A stretch of 60,545 nt of DNA, the filler included, from Sphacelaria rigidula (taxonomy: Eukaryota), in NCBI GenBank assembly GCA_964200075.2. It is 8 parts of 8 records of this genome, joined end to end, with 100 filler letters (N's around TTAATTAATTAA, not from the genome) between each part and the next. Parts side by side here need not be neighbours in the genome. Positions count along the whole stretch, not along the records: positions 1 to 7,482 come from CAXNAA020014719.1; positions 7,583 to 15,063 come from CAXNAA020014720.1; 6 more parts are not named here. One strand, written 5' to 3'. Made by a program: the position numbers and the translations under genes. The notes under the pieces are model-generated. The model had not been told where the DNA came from and ran no database searches. It saw only the letters and a list, made by a program, of their open reading frames with translations. Below, piece after piece: positions 1 through 12,695 of the stretch (positions within the stretch are counted from its first letter, which is position 1; the number at the start of each line of letters is the position of its first letter).

Positions 1-3000
1 TAGCGTCTTTATCTTTTATAAATCGTCATTGGGCTGAAGAATGGTTCGGCAGACCCGCAATCGCATCACCCTATAGCCTTCTATTCAGGGTCATCATCCA
101 CCCTGTAACACATATACTGAACGTGACGGCGTGATTTCGTCACAACCCTCACCCGAAAGTTGAACCTCAAAAACGAATCCAGACTGTTATTATTGCCCGT
201 AACTCACGATGAGAGAAAAAAAACTTTTGCGTCCCGCACGACAACGTTTAAGCATGCCCTACTCTTCCTCCCTACCAAATTTCGAATTCTAACTCGAAAA
301 ATTGAGGTGAGAAACGGCGATTTGGAAACCTGACCGGGCTAAATTCGGAACAACATTTTCAAGGCCGTTCACCGGCCCAGCTCTGTTACTTGTGCCTTGA
401 ATCTTTGTGTGGGACCTCGCTAGGCCATAACCGACCAAAGAAAGTGAGAAAGTTTGATATATATATATATATATATTCACTTGCTTAGGAAGCTGTAGTA
501 TAGTGAACACCACATTTTCACGAGAAGGCCCGTACCTTTCCAAAAGAAAAAAAATGAAGGGCCCATTCCTTTTTTTTCCTCGGCATGCCTTTGCAATCCT
601 CCATGACCAGTTTCAAATCTCAATTGTTAAAATAAAGCTGAAAAACTGAGATCAGGTCCAAGAGCACTGTCCATTTTTCCTTAAAACCCCCCTGAAAAAA
701 CAGACAAAAAGATGAAGAAAAACGAAAAACGATATATATATATATATATATATTCATTATGCAGTGGCGATTCTCCAAACGAAATTTCAAAGCACAACTC
801 TCAAAAACTGAGACGGAATATCCAGTTTTAGGGCATCAAGTGCCTCTGCTCGAAATATCTTGATTTTAGTATGAGAACTTATGTGCGCCATATCTCGAGA
901 CAGATTACGAATTAGGCAAAAGTGAAGGAATTGATCGTTTCCCAGTTCGCCAGAGAATATCCACACCAAAAATCGCAAGCATCCGCTGTATATATCGCTC
1001 GGGGTTTCACATGGACTTTAGTATTGACGCTATCTCCGTACGGTGTAGAAATTACCACACATTGGATTTAATCATCGAGAACGAAATGACCCAGACATGT
1101 GAGCTCATGGGCATCTTCCCCAGGATCAGACGATTAACACGATATGCAGATCACGACCCAACTCGCCCATGTCGATGAGATATTACCTTGAGAGCTTAAA
1201 TCCGCGTCTAGGCCGGCCCAGCTCGTAATACCCTTCGAAGAGAAATTGCCGCATGAAACAAGGGGGGGAATGGCGGTCCACCCCGACCACAAAGGGCTGT
1301 GTGGCAAGGTGATCGGGACAAAACTATCATCCAAAGCCACGAGTGGCGGGCGGCCCGCCGGCCGCCGCACCCTGTTGGAAGCTCTCCACCACGTCCCATA
1401 CTGCTTGCTACATCATCAGATGTACACCACCTAATGCGCACCCTGCACCTGAAAATAGATTGGATGAAACTTTCCGTCTTCGTCGTAACCCTGTGGCTAG
1501 CGGTTACATTCGCGGATTTTCAGCAACACGCCACCGTTTCGTGCAGACGCCAGACACGTCATTCCTGACCAGCCTCATCGGTCGTTCTGGAGGCCCGGTC
1601 CTGGAGGGGTTGATCATCAAGAAAGTGCGGAACACAAAAACATCACGTGACACTTCTCGGCCAAAATTTGTCTACGGCATTTTGACGCTGTGATGAAACA
1701 ACACAGTGGTATCCTTCACAACTGGTGATGTTTTGCCTGCGAGGGGATTGCCTCACGCTCAGACCCACCCTTGTTCCAACAACTGCACCAGTGCTGGTGC
1801 CCGAGTCGATATCCAACTCCGGGACGTCGGCACAGATTCTTCTTGTGCACCCTTATCGTACGGTACAAAACTCATTTATACAGGTATATGATAGAACAAT
1901 CAAGGAAGTGCGGAACAGAAAAAACACCACGTGACACTCGCCATGAGCCGGGAAAGGCTCAGCTACCCCGTTGTTCTCCGCCAAGCCCTGCACAGAAATG
2001 AACCCGACAGTACAAGATGATCGTTCGAGCTTTGCCCGTCGCAAGAAATCAAAATGTGGTGTGCAGTGGCGTGGAGGTCCCGCCACATTGCGATCAAACT
2101 CACTTGGTTATTGAGTGCGATCCGTTATCAAGTAATTGCACTTATCTCAGTATAGTGCCTTCATTCTGGGCTGGCGACCCGGCGCACGATGCGAGGACTC
2201 CCACTGTATACTGCATGTGCAAAATCAACGGAGGCCTACAGGGGGAGTATCACTCCGTAAGACACGAAAAGCCAAGGGAAAAAACTGTTTCATGGCACAC
2301 CGGATCGTTCTCGACCCCAACAGACATGTTTATTTTATTATCACACACTTTCCCGCCACTCATTATTGGACACACATCTCATCATCATATCACCATAATA
2401 CAAAACGTCGGCTGCAAAGAGTTAACCGCAGCTCCGTCCGGATCCCACAACGCCCCATATACGCACGCATCACGATCAACAAAACGAGCAGCTGGTATCT
2501 CAAATATACTACTGCAGTAAAAAAAAAGAGAGGAAAAACTCGCCTAGGTTGGACCTACGCCAGTACAGCACGCCGGCAGCAAGCAGTTACATTGGTCACA
2601 AAAATGAAAACCAAGACAAGGTAAAACCATAATAGAGCTAGAAGTACCATACAGTTAACTGGTGCAGCAAATGTTATGAACCGCAACCAGGATATATCCT
2701 CTACACGTCAGAACAGCAAGCTACGCCTTTTTTTTAATTTCAGAAATACATTATTGGAAACGAGAGTAGGGCTCCACTTTCACCTCTCATCTCTACATGG
2801 AAACAATGTACTACCTTGCTACTATCATAGTTCTATGTACCAAATAGGCGTGGAGGTACAAACACACGTAGTTTGTTAACAACTCATTGCACTCTGATGA
2901 AACTAATTTTCTGTCAGCAGGTACGGCTATATAACGCCCCGTGCGCCGGGTACACATCCATCAAAACATAACGCCCCACAAAAAACTTCGAAATCAGCTT

Positions 3001-3865
3001 GGCCTCATCTATCCGCCTTGCCCCCTGCTCGGCTTGGTGACTGTGAACCTGGTCCGGCGAAAACCTGGCGTGCTCCGTCCCGGCCCTGTAAGGACGCGAA
3101 GTCAATGGTCTGATGACTACGGCATGCAAGATCATGAGTATAAACCCCCCACATAGACAAAGACCTTCATACCCGCGCCATGAATTGTCGCCACGTGTGT
3201 CCAATTCAACCACACCCACCTCCCCAGGAAATCCTTTGGAGAACTGTCATCACCAACTGATCACAATCACCCAACACGCGAAAACCATCCATGCGCATAT
3301 CCTTTTTCATCACAGGCAATACATTCCCCTGACAAGAAACACACTAGCAAGGTTTGTCCCCTCACCGTGAGGGAGACCCATAGATTCAAATCAAACCGGA
3401 AGATGTTACACTCGGGGGACAAATAAAATAAAACCATCAAACCGTACAGTACAAGCGGTCTGTTTTGTTGCTCACGGCCCAATGGCCAACGCGGCCCACC
3501 CCGAGAACAGCCTCGCTTCCCACCACAGTCGCCCAATGAACGCAGCTCGAACTCTCGCCTCAAGACCGAAAGTCACCGCAGAGCTACCGCATGTTCCCCT
3601 GACATCGAAACAACACCAACATCATCAGATTCCAAATTCGGAAAAATCAACGTCCGGCTAACAATTTCCATCCGCGTGACCAACCGCGAACCCAAGCCAA
3701 CGCACCGCTGACGACACGGGTCTGGTAACTGAACCCGCAACCATTTCACTGAAAAAAAAAAATCGAATCCAAAATCAGCTCGCGCGGCTGCAACGTTCCT
3801 TCTGACAGACGGATTGTCAAACCCATGACAATGTACAGTAAGTAAGTAGTACGAGCGAAAATCGA

Positions 3866-4189
3866 TCAGCGGGCAGCGACCGCAGTGGCTGCCTGTGGCT
3901 TCTCCTTAGCCATGGCGATGAATTCCGCCTGCAGCGTGGCCCAATCCGTCGCCGCGTCTCCGCCTTCCGCCTCGCTCATCTCTCCCCCGCGTCGCAACAC
4001 GGCGCTGAGCACCTCCGCGCGCGGGACACTGCCGAGCGCGGCGGCCAGGCTGCCCCGACCGCGGTGCGCCGTCATGACCAGCTCGATGCAGCGGCGGAGA
4101 ATAGGCAGAGGGAGAGCGCCCGGGGCTTGCACGACCGCCTTGAGCTCGTTGGCTAGGGCTTCCTCTGCCTTTATCGCGTCCGCTTTTAC
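3866..4189 (-). CDS. Terminal exon of an unidentified gene (VKADAIKAEEALANELKAVV...KPQAATAVAAR*)
   Basis: GC-rich, codon-like 108-codon frame, acceptor ccacacag at 4190-4197 and TGA stop at 3866-3868. Upstream exons were not identified in this contig. Confidence 0.7.
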   Translation of the reverse strand, partial: VKADAIKAEEALANELKAVVQAPGALPLPILRRCIELVMTAHRGRGSLAAALGSVPRAEVLSAVLRRGGEMSEAEGGDAATDWATLQAEFIAMAKEKPQAATAVAAR

Positions 4190-4759
4190 CTGTGTGGAAT
4201 AGTTGCAGTAGTGATTTGAGGAGCATATATGTCGTCGGTTGCACACTTTTCATATACAATTTTGTTTTCGCTCCACGAATCCCCTTTCGGTGGACAGGTG
4301 AACTCACGGGGGGAAAATATGAAGTTTTGTCCGCAAAACAAGTCTCCTCTTGCGCCAAGCGGACGAAGACCAACCGAGTATCTACACAATCCTTCAGGCC
4401 GCTTCAGGGTGAACGCAGAAAAAATATTCCCCATTATTTCAGATACAATACGCAGAACTGACCTGATAAAACCACACTTGGTATAACAGTGACCCCCCAC
4501 GAGCAAGCGAACGGTGTGATATGGCCAGATTTTTTTCTTGCTTGCGTCCTTTGCTGTGGCGCTGGTGGTGAAAATATTTTCGGCCAATTAGCGACCTTCA
4601 ACTTATTTTCTGAAATTAAAAATGCGAATTTCCGACTCCATTTGTACCCAATCTCATCACGAATCAAACCTCAGTAACCGCCACCACCTACGGAATCTAA
4701 CGCAAAAACACGGATTCGAAAACGGTTTATATGGGATCGAGTTATACCCAAAAACGTGG

Positions 4760-5100
4760 TATTTCGGTGATATGGGATTTGGTGTCGTCGGATTTCCACT
4801 GATAATATGGATCGAAGACCCAGCAGGCCTTTCGATGTTTTTCCTTGTAACTTACGTCGGAAGGCTCCGATCGTCCCCAAACTTGGCAGTTCCGTAGAGG
4901 TGGGTACTACGAATAGTAAAACAGAATCATGTTCTAAAGTTCATACGCTCTCTACCAGCTTCCGGGGGTCCCAGCACGAAGACCCCCCAGAAGCCGGTGC
5001 AGATTGCTTCAACATGAAAAGTTGAAATTTGACTCGTCCCTCGGTGGTCCAAGGAACGTTGGTACCTAATTTTGTTGCGTAACTCGAAAATCTTGTATCA
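4760..5100 (+). repeat. Interspersed repeat, related to 55147-55460
   Basis: Colinear shared blocks such as atttcggtgat, gtcgtcgg(a/g)tttcca, ggggtcccagc, gtccaaggaac and aactcgaaaa in two unrelated contigs. Confidence 0.65.
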
Positions 5101-6944
5101 AACGGTCGATTCAAGCTTGAGAGCACAAGGGAAAGATCGGTAGCATGCTATAACCAAAGCAATGCTTCAACATCGGTCGATTCAAGCTTTGAGCACACAA
5201 GGGAAACATCTGTATACTTTAACGCACAAACGGCCAATTGTTCACGCCGTTTTTTTTTAGCAGACCCTGACATGATGCATACGGGTGCTCAGAGAGATGT
5301 TTGGAAGAATAAATTGAGTTTTTTATTTCTTTATTCTCACCAGATATCCGGGGCCCCAGGAGGGGGGGACGGACCATGAGTTCAGATTCTCGCAACATTT
5401 GCATGTTCGCCCAAAAACCCACGCCGGGATTGGGACTTCCTGGAGGCAAGCCCGAGGTCTGCAGCGTCTGGCGGTCGGTGTTTCGTTCGGCATGACCAGT
5501 TCCCCGTCCGCTCGAAACCTCAAGCCGCGTTTGCGAGCTGGGGAATCAAATTTCACGGATGAGTTCCTCGGGAAAAGCCAGCGCCGCCAATGAGGAGGTG
5601 GTCGGTGTTTCGGTCGTTTCAACCGGACTCCTGGGGGTAATGAAGGAAGCCCCCAGATTATCGGAACCATTCAACAATTTCACGTTTGCCCCAAACTCAG
5701 GGTGTGATAGTTGCGAGACCAAATTTCAGGCACGTGTTCCAAGATAAGGCCGGGGGCGCCAACGTCGAAGGTGATCCGCGTTTCGGTCGTTTTTACCCGC
5801 GTTCCTTGGGATCAAAAGACGGTCGGAAGTGCCCCGCAACTCTGGATTCTCGGCAACATTTTTACGTTTGCTCCAAACCTCACGGCGGGTTAGCGAACTA
5901 CGACACGAAATTTGAAACGTGTCCCGAAAAGCAAGTCCGACGTCACTTGTGTCGAGCTAACGGCGTTGTGTTGGATATTATCGGATTCTTGGGGTCCCGA
6001 GCGGCAGGATAAGATCGGGCACTTCAATAAACAGATCAAATTGACCGAAACATCCACTACTTCGACACTGGCGACCTCGGGCTGTAAAATCGCGCGACCC
6101 AACTTTCAAGCCCAGGTTAAGGTTTGCCTGTGCAGTAAAAAAAAAAATGTGAACGGTCCTGTACACAGGCCGTTCGAGTGTACCAATGAAGTATGTCTTC
6201 GTTTTGAAGCGGGACTGATTCTGTGAGAGTGTTCAGATTGATTTTCAGCTGCGGTGAAAAGTCGATTTATCGGCGTTGACTTTATTTCCAACGAGAAACG
6301 CAGGGTTACGGATGGGGCGGGCAGTGCATCACAAAAATAATCGAACTCCGGGTGTCGGGTCGCTAGCGGGACACCGTAACCGAAGGCATCGATAGGGAGA
6401 GAACGTACCATCCGAGTATGCGTTCTGCTTCAGTGCTGTTCTTGCACGGTCTCCTCACCTGAAGCCCTGCCTGCGGCAGAGGCCTCACTTTTTTCTTCGG
6501 GACCGGCAGTAGTAGTATAAGAGGTATTAAAGGTAACAACCTGGCGTTTTTGTTTTGCGGGGGGTTTTCGTTTTTTAGTTTACTCTCCCGTTTCTCTCTT
6601 ACTTCCATATTTCACCTTTCTCGATTCATGTTTCAGCAAGCTTTTGCTCAGAATATTTCCCCCTTGGGCAGCACGTCCACCTTGCGGAATCATGACTAAA
6701 TTCGCAGATAATATTTTGGCTCTTTGCCCTCCCCCCCACCGTGTTTGTACGAGCTGGGCCAGCTTAAAAGCTGCTAAAACTTGCTCACACCACAGCTTCC
6801 CCAGTTTCCCGAATGAACCCGATGTAAGCATATCACTGTGAAGTGTAGACCAACTTGGTGACAAACGGCACCGCCGCTGAATGAAGAAAAAAATGAAAAA
6901 TATACTGCATAATGGATGACCTTAAGGACGGACGGAAAAAAAAG

Positions 6945-7005
6945 AGAATATGTCGGGATTCGAACTCATGACCTTCAAAATTAGAGTCTCCCACCACTTG
7001 ATTTA
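6945..7005 (-). repeat. Degenerate tRNA-like (SINE head) fragment
   Basis: Minus strand reads tcaagtggt...ggtcatgagttcgaatcccg (partial A box, B box). No complete cloverleaf. Confidence 0.35.
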
Positions 7006-7482
7006 TAGGGGTGCAGCAGCGTCACGGAAAATGTTGAACGCACGGCCCAATTCGNNNNNNNNNNCCCAATTCGACGATTCTTGAGCTGAAATTTCGGGAA
7101 GACCTTCTGCGCCCAAGGGACTGACACTTCACGAGTCCAGCTGCAGATTCTCCTTTTTTCCCTGGACTTACGGCATTATCTTGTTTTTGCTGAAATTTCA
7201 AATGCCCATGACGTACTTCCTCTGTCTCATAAGTCTGCGCCGAATTGCGCGTGAATTCGTTTGGGTACTTACACGTTGACGTTTAACCTTTGGTTGGGTG
7301 CGTTAGAAAGGCAAAACACATACAAAGCCGACTAAAGAAGAAAAAAAAATGAAGACCGTGTTACACACTAAAATTAGGTCAAAATGTGCCCATTTTGGCC
7401 CTTTTTGAGAATATTTCAAGGGTCAGACACATAATGATTCGTCTAGAAATTACTTGGGTTCAGTATGATGAGTCGACTCGTG

Positions 7483-7582
7483 NNNNNNNNNNNNNNNNNN
7501 NNNNNNNNNNNNNNNNNNNNNNNNNNTTAATTAATTAANNNNNNNNNNNNNNNNNNNNNNNNNNNNNNNNNNNNNNNNNNNN
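7483..7582. other. Artificial contig spacer (N44-TTAATTAATTAA-N44). Identical spacers at 15064-15163, 22645-22744, 30226-30325, 37806-37905, 45386-45485 and 52966-53065
   Basis: Seven identical 100-nt spacers with a six-frame stop linker separate segments of 7482-7480 nt sorted by length. Confidence 0.97.
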
Positions 7583-9233
7583 CAAATGGCCCGAAATACC
7601 CCCCCCTCTATCGTAGGATGACTCCCCTGGTCATCATCCAGGATCCTACACGTTACATTTACTACGCCTTGGTGTATTTTGGCTACAGCCATCATTGATT
7701 ATCCCTCGTGATCTCGTTTTCGAACTCTTGTTTTTGAGAAAACCCCAGATATATCTATATCTCGTTTGGATCTTGAACCGCCATATCCCATCCGTGCATC
7801 AGCCAAAATGTAGAAATAATGAATTCCTCGACACTCTTGCAGTCCACCTGCAGTTCTTCAAACAAATGGATGCATCATCCACATGCTCCTTCTGACATGA
7901 ACGAAAAACCAACCACGTGCTCGTTCAAACACGTGACGATCCATACTAAAACGTGCCACGGTCAAAGATCATTGATGCATGCGCGCATAATGTCTTTATC
8001 TTCAACCACTGGAAGCACTCGCGTCATACCTGCTCTCATACGACGAGCCTACGCATTTCGTAGTGTTTTGCTCATTTTCACGCTAACAGCAGCAATCCAT
8101 ATCTCCTGCAGTCAGTACGTGAAAACCGCACGAATATGGTTCGAGTGTCTTCCTGCGCGAACAAAATTATACGAGCTTCACTTCATTTAGTATACAGCAG
8201 TATATTGAAAACTGCCGTACCCTAGGTCGTCACCAGATACCATTCATATCAGTACCATTCGAGCCAAAATTCGCACATGCCTGCCAAAATTCCACTCAGC
8301 ATATGAAAATCTGCACATGCATGCCAATATTTCACTCAACATATGAAATACCACCTTCCTCGCAGCAAACACCATGCATCGTCCGTGCCAACCACATCAG
8401 CACAACACACACATGCCAAATATCCACGTGTACGCCAGAGTTTTACCCTGCACACCCGATACGATCATACTTGCTCAACAACCATGTTTCATGCGCGAAC
8501 ATGACCACAAACCACACAATTACAAGCTGCAACCATTATCAAAACGATTCGCGAATACCAGTCATAACGTTTTCCTAATTCTCAACAAGCACTCAATCAC
8601 CACAGCACTTGCTCCTCAACATCAGCACCCAACTCGGCGCTCACCACAGCAGCAAACACCTCAGGTAATGCCTTCTTTGTAGTCCTCCAGCCCGCTCCTG
8701 AGAAACAGCAGCACTCAAACCACAACCCCGCGCACAGGGTAGAGCAGCCTTTCCTCTCGGACACTCCCTCCTTGCACCTTCAGTCTAGCTACACCTGGCA
8801 CCCCCATGGTGTAGCTCAACACGCCCCTAAAAGGTGTATTCGCACCGCCAAACCAATGCGACAAATCCTCCGTCCCCACAAATGCTTGCGCATTCACGAA
8901 CGCTCGTTCTTCAGTCGCTTTTTAAGAGGAAACAAGAGGCAAAACGGGAATACCCACACAGTCCCGTACAGCAACACCTCCCGATGGCATCACGCCATCC
9001 TCCTCCAGCACCTGACCGTACGGCGGCAAAGACAACGCAATCAACGCCGCCAAATACGCCAAACCTGTCCATGCATACAGCAGTGCACACGACCACCCCA
9101 ACACCACGCGACGCTTGTCGTCGCCGTCAGAATAGTGATCGCTAACAGCATCACGAGCTTGCAGCTCGCTCTGCATACCCGCTTCACGCGGGTCACACGC
9201 CTCTATTGTTTCGATCATACAAGGCGTGTCCAC

Positions 9234-9675
9234 AGCTACGCGCTGCTCCGGCGGCAGTTCCGCCAACCCGGCATCTACCTGTCCTTCAAGCAGACACCCC
9301 TGCGAATCATCTGAACAATCTCCCGCCATGTCACTGGCGCAGATAGATTCCCTATGAGCACGGCAAGCTCCTAGCTCACCCTGCTCGCTCGCCATTCGCG
9401 AATAACACCCCCCTGCAGCTTCGAGCATGCAAGGAGTATGTCCAGCTACGCGGTGCTCCGGCGGCAGTTCCGCCAACTCGGCATCCATCTGTCCTTCAAG
9501 CAGACACCCCTGCGAATCATCTGAACAATCCCCCGTCTTGTCACTGGCGCAGATAGATTCCCCATGAACACGGCAAGCTCCTAGCTCATCCTGCTCGCTC
9601 GCCATACGCGAATAACACCCCCTGCAGCTTCGAGCATGCAAGGAGTATGTCCAGCTACGCGCTGCTCCGGCGGCA
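9234..9675 (-). repeat. Tandem repeat, ~210-bp unit (70 aa), ~2.1 copies
   Basis: agctacgcg anchors at 9234, 9444 and 9653; the peptide GCYSRMASEQ…LLEGQ…AELPPE is repeated. Confidence 0.9.
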
Positions 9676-9924
9676 ACAAGTAACTGGGACCTCCGCCCAC
9701 GAGTTCTTACTCATTGGCCCACGTAGCCCCCGCCCTCTCAACATCGCCTACAGCAGCAGCAGTATCACCCATACTCGCTACAGCCGCCACCTTTTGCTCA
9801 GCGCACTCCTGAACTGCAACAGCGGCAGCTGAGCTGCCTGCAGTCTGCTCGAGCCGCGTGACATATTCGCCCTTTCCAGCAGCAATACCAGCAGCATCCA
9901 AACCAACGCTTACCGTGGTACTGT

Positions 9925-10345
9925 CGGCGGGCGCGCTCTCATACCTACCCGTTCTGACAGACACGTGCTGCGTCTCCTTCCCGTTCTGCACAGTGGAAAC
10001 AGCTGCCCTGTACCGTGGTTTAAGACGCGCCCTACCGACTGCACGTTCAGCGGGTGCACTATCGTGCCTATCCCCTCGGGCAGACACATGCTTCTCGGCT
10101 TTCACAGTACGAGCATCTGCCCTGCATCGTTGTTTCAAACGCGCAGCACCTACTGCACGTTCGGCGGGTGCACTGTCGTGCCTGTCACCTCGGGCAGACA
10201 CATATTTCTCGGCTGTCACAGTGCAAGCAGCTGCCCTGTATCGTTGTTTCAAACGCACAGCATCTACTGCACGTTCGGCAGGTGCACTATCGTGCCTGTC
10301 TCCTCGGGCAGACACATGTTTCTCGGCTGTCACAGTGCAAGCAGC
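9925..10345 (-). repeat. Tandem repeat, 114-bp unit (38 aa), ~3.5 copies
   Basis: c(g/a)ggtgcact anchors at 10051, 10165 and 10279; peptide unit ACTVTAEKHVSARGDRHDSAPAERAV…. Confidence 0.9.
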
Positions 10346-11559
10346 CCCACCGGACGGCGCATGCTTGCGCAACGCGAACAGCAACTGCGCGTTCTCAACA
10401 TCATAATCATGCTTCAAGATCGTATCACACAGACATTTCGCAATATGTTCCGGCATGAGCTCAGAAACCGCTGCTACCTCAAAGAGTTTTGTCCACCGCG
10501 CATTCACCTCATCTACATCTCGCAAATATTGCTCGTATTTGCGTCAAAACTCGGCCGGTTTCTCGCTCGAAAACTTGCGGCCATAGTACGGCATCTCCAG
10601 CGCCGGTACAGGAACAACACGACCATCGATGATGACATATTCCTGCGCCTCATTCATTTCGATCAGCAGTACAGCACTCCACACCGCCTTTTTGAAAAAC
10701 GAAGTCGCCTCCCACTCACAGGAACAACAACTCTCTCCTTACACCGAGACGCGCTCTACCACCTTACAACGGCAATGGCCACAGCGCCTCTTCCTCACAC
10801 AGGTCTCACCACGTGTTTAAAGTCCTTAGACTCCTCTTCCTGGCCGTACCTAGCCAACCGTGGAACAAGCAACTCTCGCTGGCTCCACCAGGCAGTAATT
10901 GCCCCGCTTTTCTGGAAAGCTCACGGACTCGCCAGCTGTCGATGAACGCCCCGCACCTCAAGCACGAGCGATACCATAGCCCGCCCTAGAACTGCCTCAG
11001 AACCTCCTCGGCTCTACTTCTCCAACTCCTCGCGACGTTAACACGCCTTGAGCTGGTCTTGTTTGCTGCAAACTGTTCAAGCCTGCAGACTTCCCTATCT
11101 TGAAGTGTCAGCTGCTTTTCAGCGGATCTACCGCCTGTCAGCGGACTTAATGAACGTTCATTATAGACTTCTGTCACCCAAGATCAGATTGCCATGTGGA
11201 CTCCTCCCATCAAGGGTACATGGGCTTCGGCAGCTTTAGTTATTCATGTATTTACTCTCAGCATAGTACAGGAGGACAGGACCGTAGCCCCTCTACACCA
11301 GAGTAGAGAAACCGGCTCTACTCGTCATGGATCTCACCCATCACAGAGTCCGGCAATCAGACCCGCAATCCACCGACACAATGTCCCTAACCTTAGGTAA
11401 CAATCGTGACTAGAGTCTACACACCGTATTCGTGCACCAGCCACCTGGCAACAACATGCCGGTTGTGTGTGCAACCATTTTATAACATAGCCGAACGACG
11501 GCTCGGAAAATGATCGGAACCAATGGAAATCCAATCCTTGTGGCCCGGAGCGCAAATTT

Positions 11560-12000
11560 TTCTCTATGAAAGGAAAAACTGACGACAGTGATTGTTCGAT
11601 TCTTGGGAATGGTACCTGACCGGTAGGGTACCCTCTCATCGTACATAATAATCGGAATAACTTCGTCATGGCATGAGGATATCACGATGCAGCTTATTGG
11701 GTGGCTGTCGATAAAGAATGCTTGATTTGTTGGAATAATTTGTACTAACAACGTTTCCGCGAGATTGAGAGTAGAGCGCTGATTGAGAGTGACTTGGATC
11801 ATTCGCCCTAATTTGGCCAACTTTTCATTCTGTGTATGCTTTTCTTTGCCCCCATCACTGGCGTGTGCTTACAGCTACACGTCGACAACCTACCCAGGGG
11901 TTTCAAGGGCCTCAGTGGCAAGCTACTATAGAGAGCATATTGGGCCTCGTAGAGGGGCATTTCGGAACTGAAACCATACATTCTCTAATTGACCGCTTTT
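11560..12000 (+). pseudogene. Possible highly degraded Mutator-like transposase fragment
   Basis: Stop-ridden frame with weak MULE-like motifs (…WVAVDKECLICW…ALIESD…LHVDNLPRGFKGLSGKLL*RAYW). Recognised by eye only. Confidence 0.25.
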
Positions 12001-12312
12001 CACTCTCAAATCTTCTCTTTTATATTCAAAATAACGAAAACAATGTTTACTGCAGTTACGTCGACCACATCAATATCTCTAACTTGGCTAAGAGAATGTG
12101 GGAGATTCGTAATCAGGTGACATAAGGCTTGAATGTACTGATGGAAACATGGACTGGGACGTTACTATCACGGAGACGGCCGATCGACGGAGGCTAGTTA
12201 ACCGTCGTTGGGCTAAGCTTCAGAATGGTTGACACAATCTTACAATTATTGCTACCCTTCAAATGTCAGACAATTCGTCTCATATAACTCATTTTTGTAC
12301 AACGCAGCTGTT

Positions 12313-12438
12313 GAGATATACTGTATAACTCAGCGGTATCTATTTCCACTGGCAGAGCTATATTGTATAGCTCAGCGGTACCATTTCCCACCAGCTGAGT
12401 TATATGGTATAACCCAGCGGTACCTTTTCCCACTGGAT
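12313..12438 (+). repeat. Minisatellite, 42-bp unit x3
   Basis: Units of the form gagNtata…cagcggta…ttccact/cca start at 12313, 12355 and 12397. Confidence 0.85.
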
Positions 12439-12485
12439 GGGTCACATCACGGAACTGATTTAATTCACGAGTTTTCCGTGTGCTA

Positions 12486-12695
12486 CCCTTAATCCTAAAC
12501 CCAAACCCAACGCATAATAACGAGAACCCTCGGGCAAGGGCGGCACATACACTCCCTCGGCAAAGTACGGCCTTGGTAGACCCCAGATCGGCGCCTGTGG
12601 TGCCGATTTCAACGATAAGCGCGTTTTGTACGCACGCGAGGAGCACACGGGACTGTCGGCTCCCCTAAAATTCCGACTCTCGTCGTTCACACTCA
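12486..12695 (+). mobile_element. Short non-autonomous element with a telomere-like tract and hairpins (family copy 1)
   Basis: cctaaacccaaacc tract, then gaaccctcgggcaaggg, then an atcggcgcc-tgt-ggtgccgat hairpin. Shared with 27060-27230(-) and 50450-50680. Confidence 0.7.

Larger units (their letters stand above)
7600..11200 (-). mobile_element. Degenerate retroelement-like segment with a gag-like frame and internal coding tandem repeats
   Basis: Broken minus-strand frames (…EF*RKYEQYLRDVDEVNARW…; ORFs 9707-10525 and 8922-9641), G/T skew on the minus strand and a purine tract (agagggggggg) next to the contig end. No LTR pair, RT or integrase seen. Confidence 0.4.

Noticed and set aside
3105..3125. 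Hammerhead ribozyme cores (CTGATGA at ~2894, ~3110, ~13695 and ~39885)
   Set aside because: No stem II followed by GAAA in the right geometry, and the motif is not conserved in the other copies of the 3048-3145 repeat.
9858..10945. Long plus-strand ORFs (9965-10945, 9858-10406) and most other short ORFs in the track
   Set aside because: They are antisense or shadow frames of repeats and real exons, with no recognisable domains or splice support.
8760..11180. LTR pair with PBS (~11170) and PPT (~8765) around the gag-like region
   Set aside because: The candidate PBS reads TGGGTGACAG rather than TGGTG…, and the flanking sequences do not match each other as LTRs.
12313..12438. CRISPR-like or other repeat-spacer arrays
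   Set aside because: All arrays here are head-to-tail tandem repeats without unique spacers, there are no cas genes and the context is eukaryotic.
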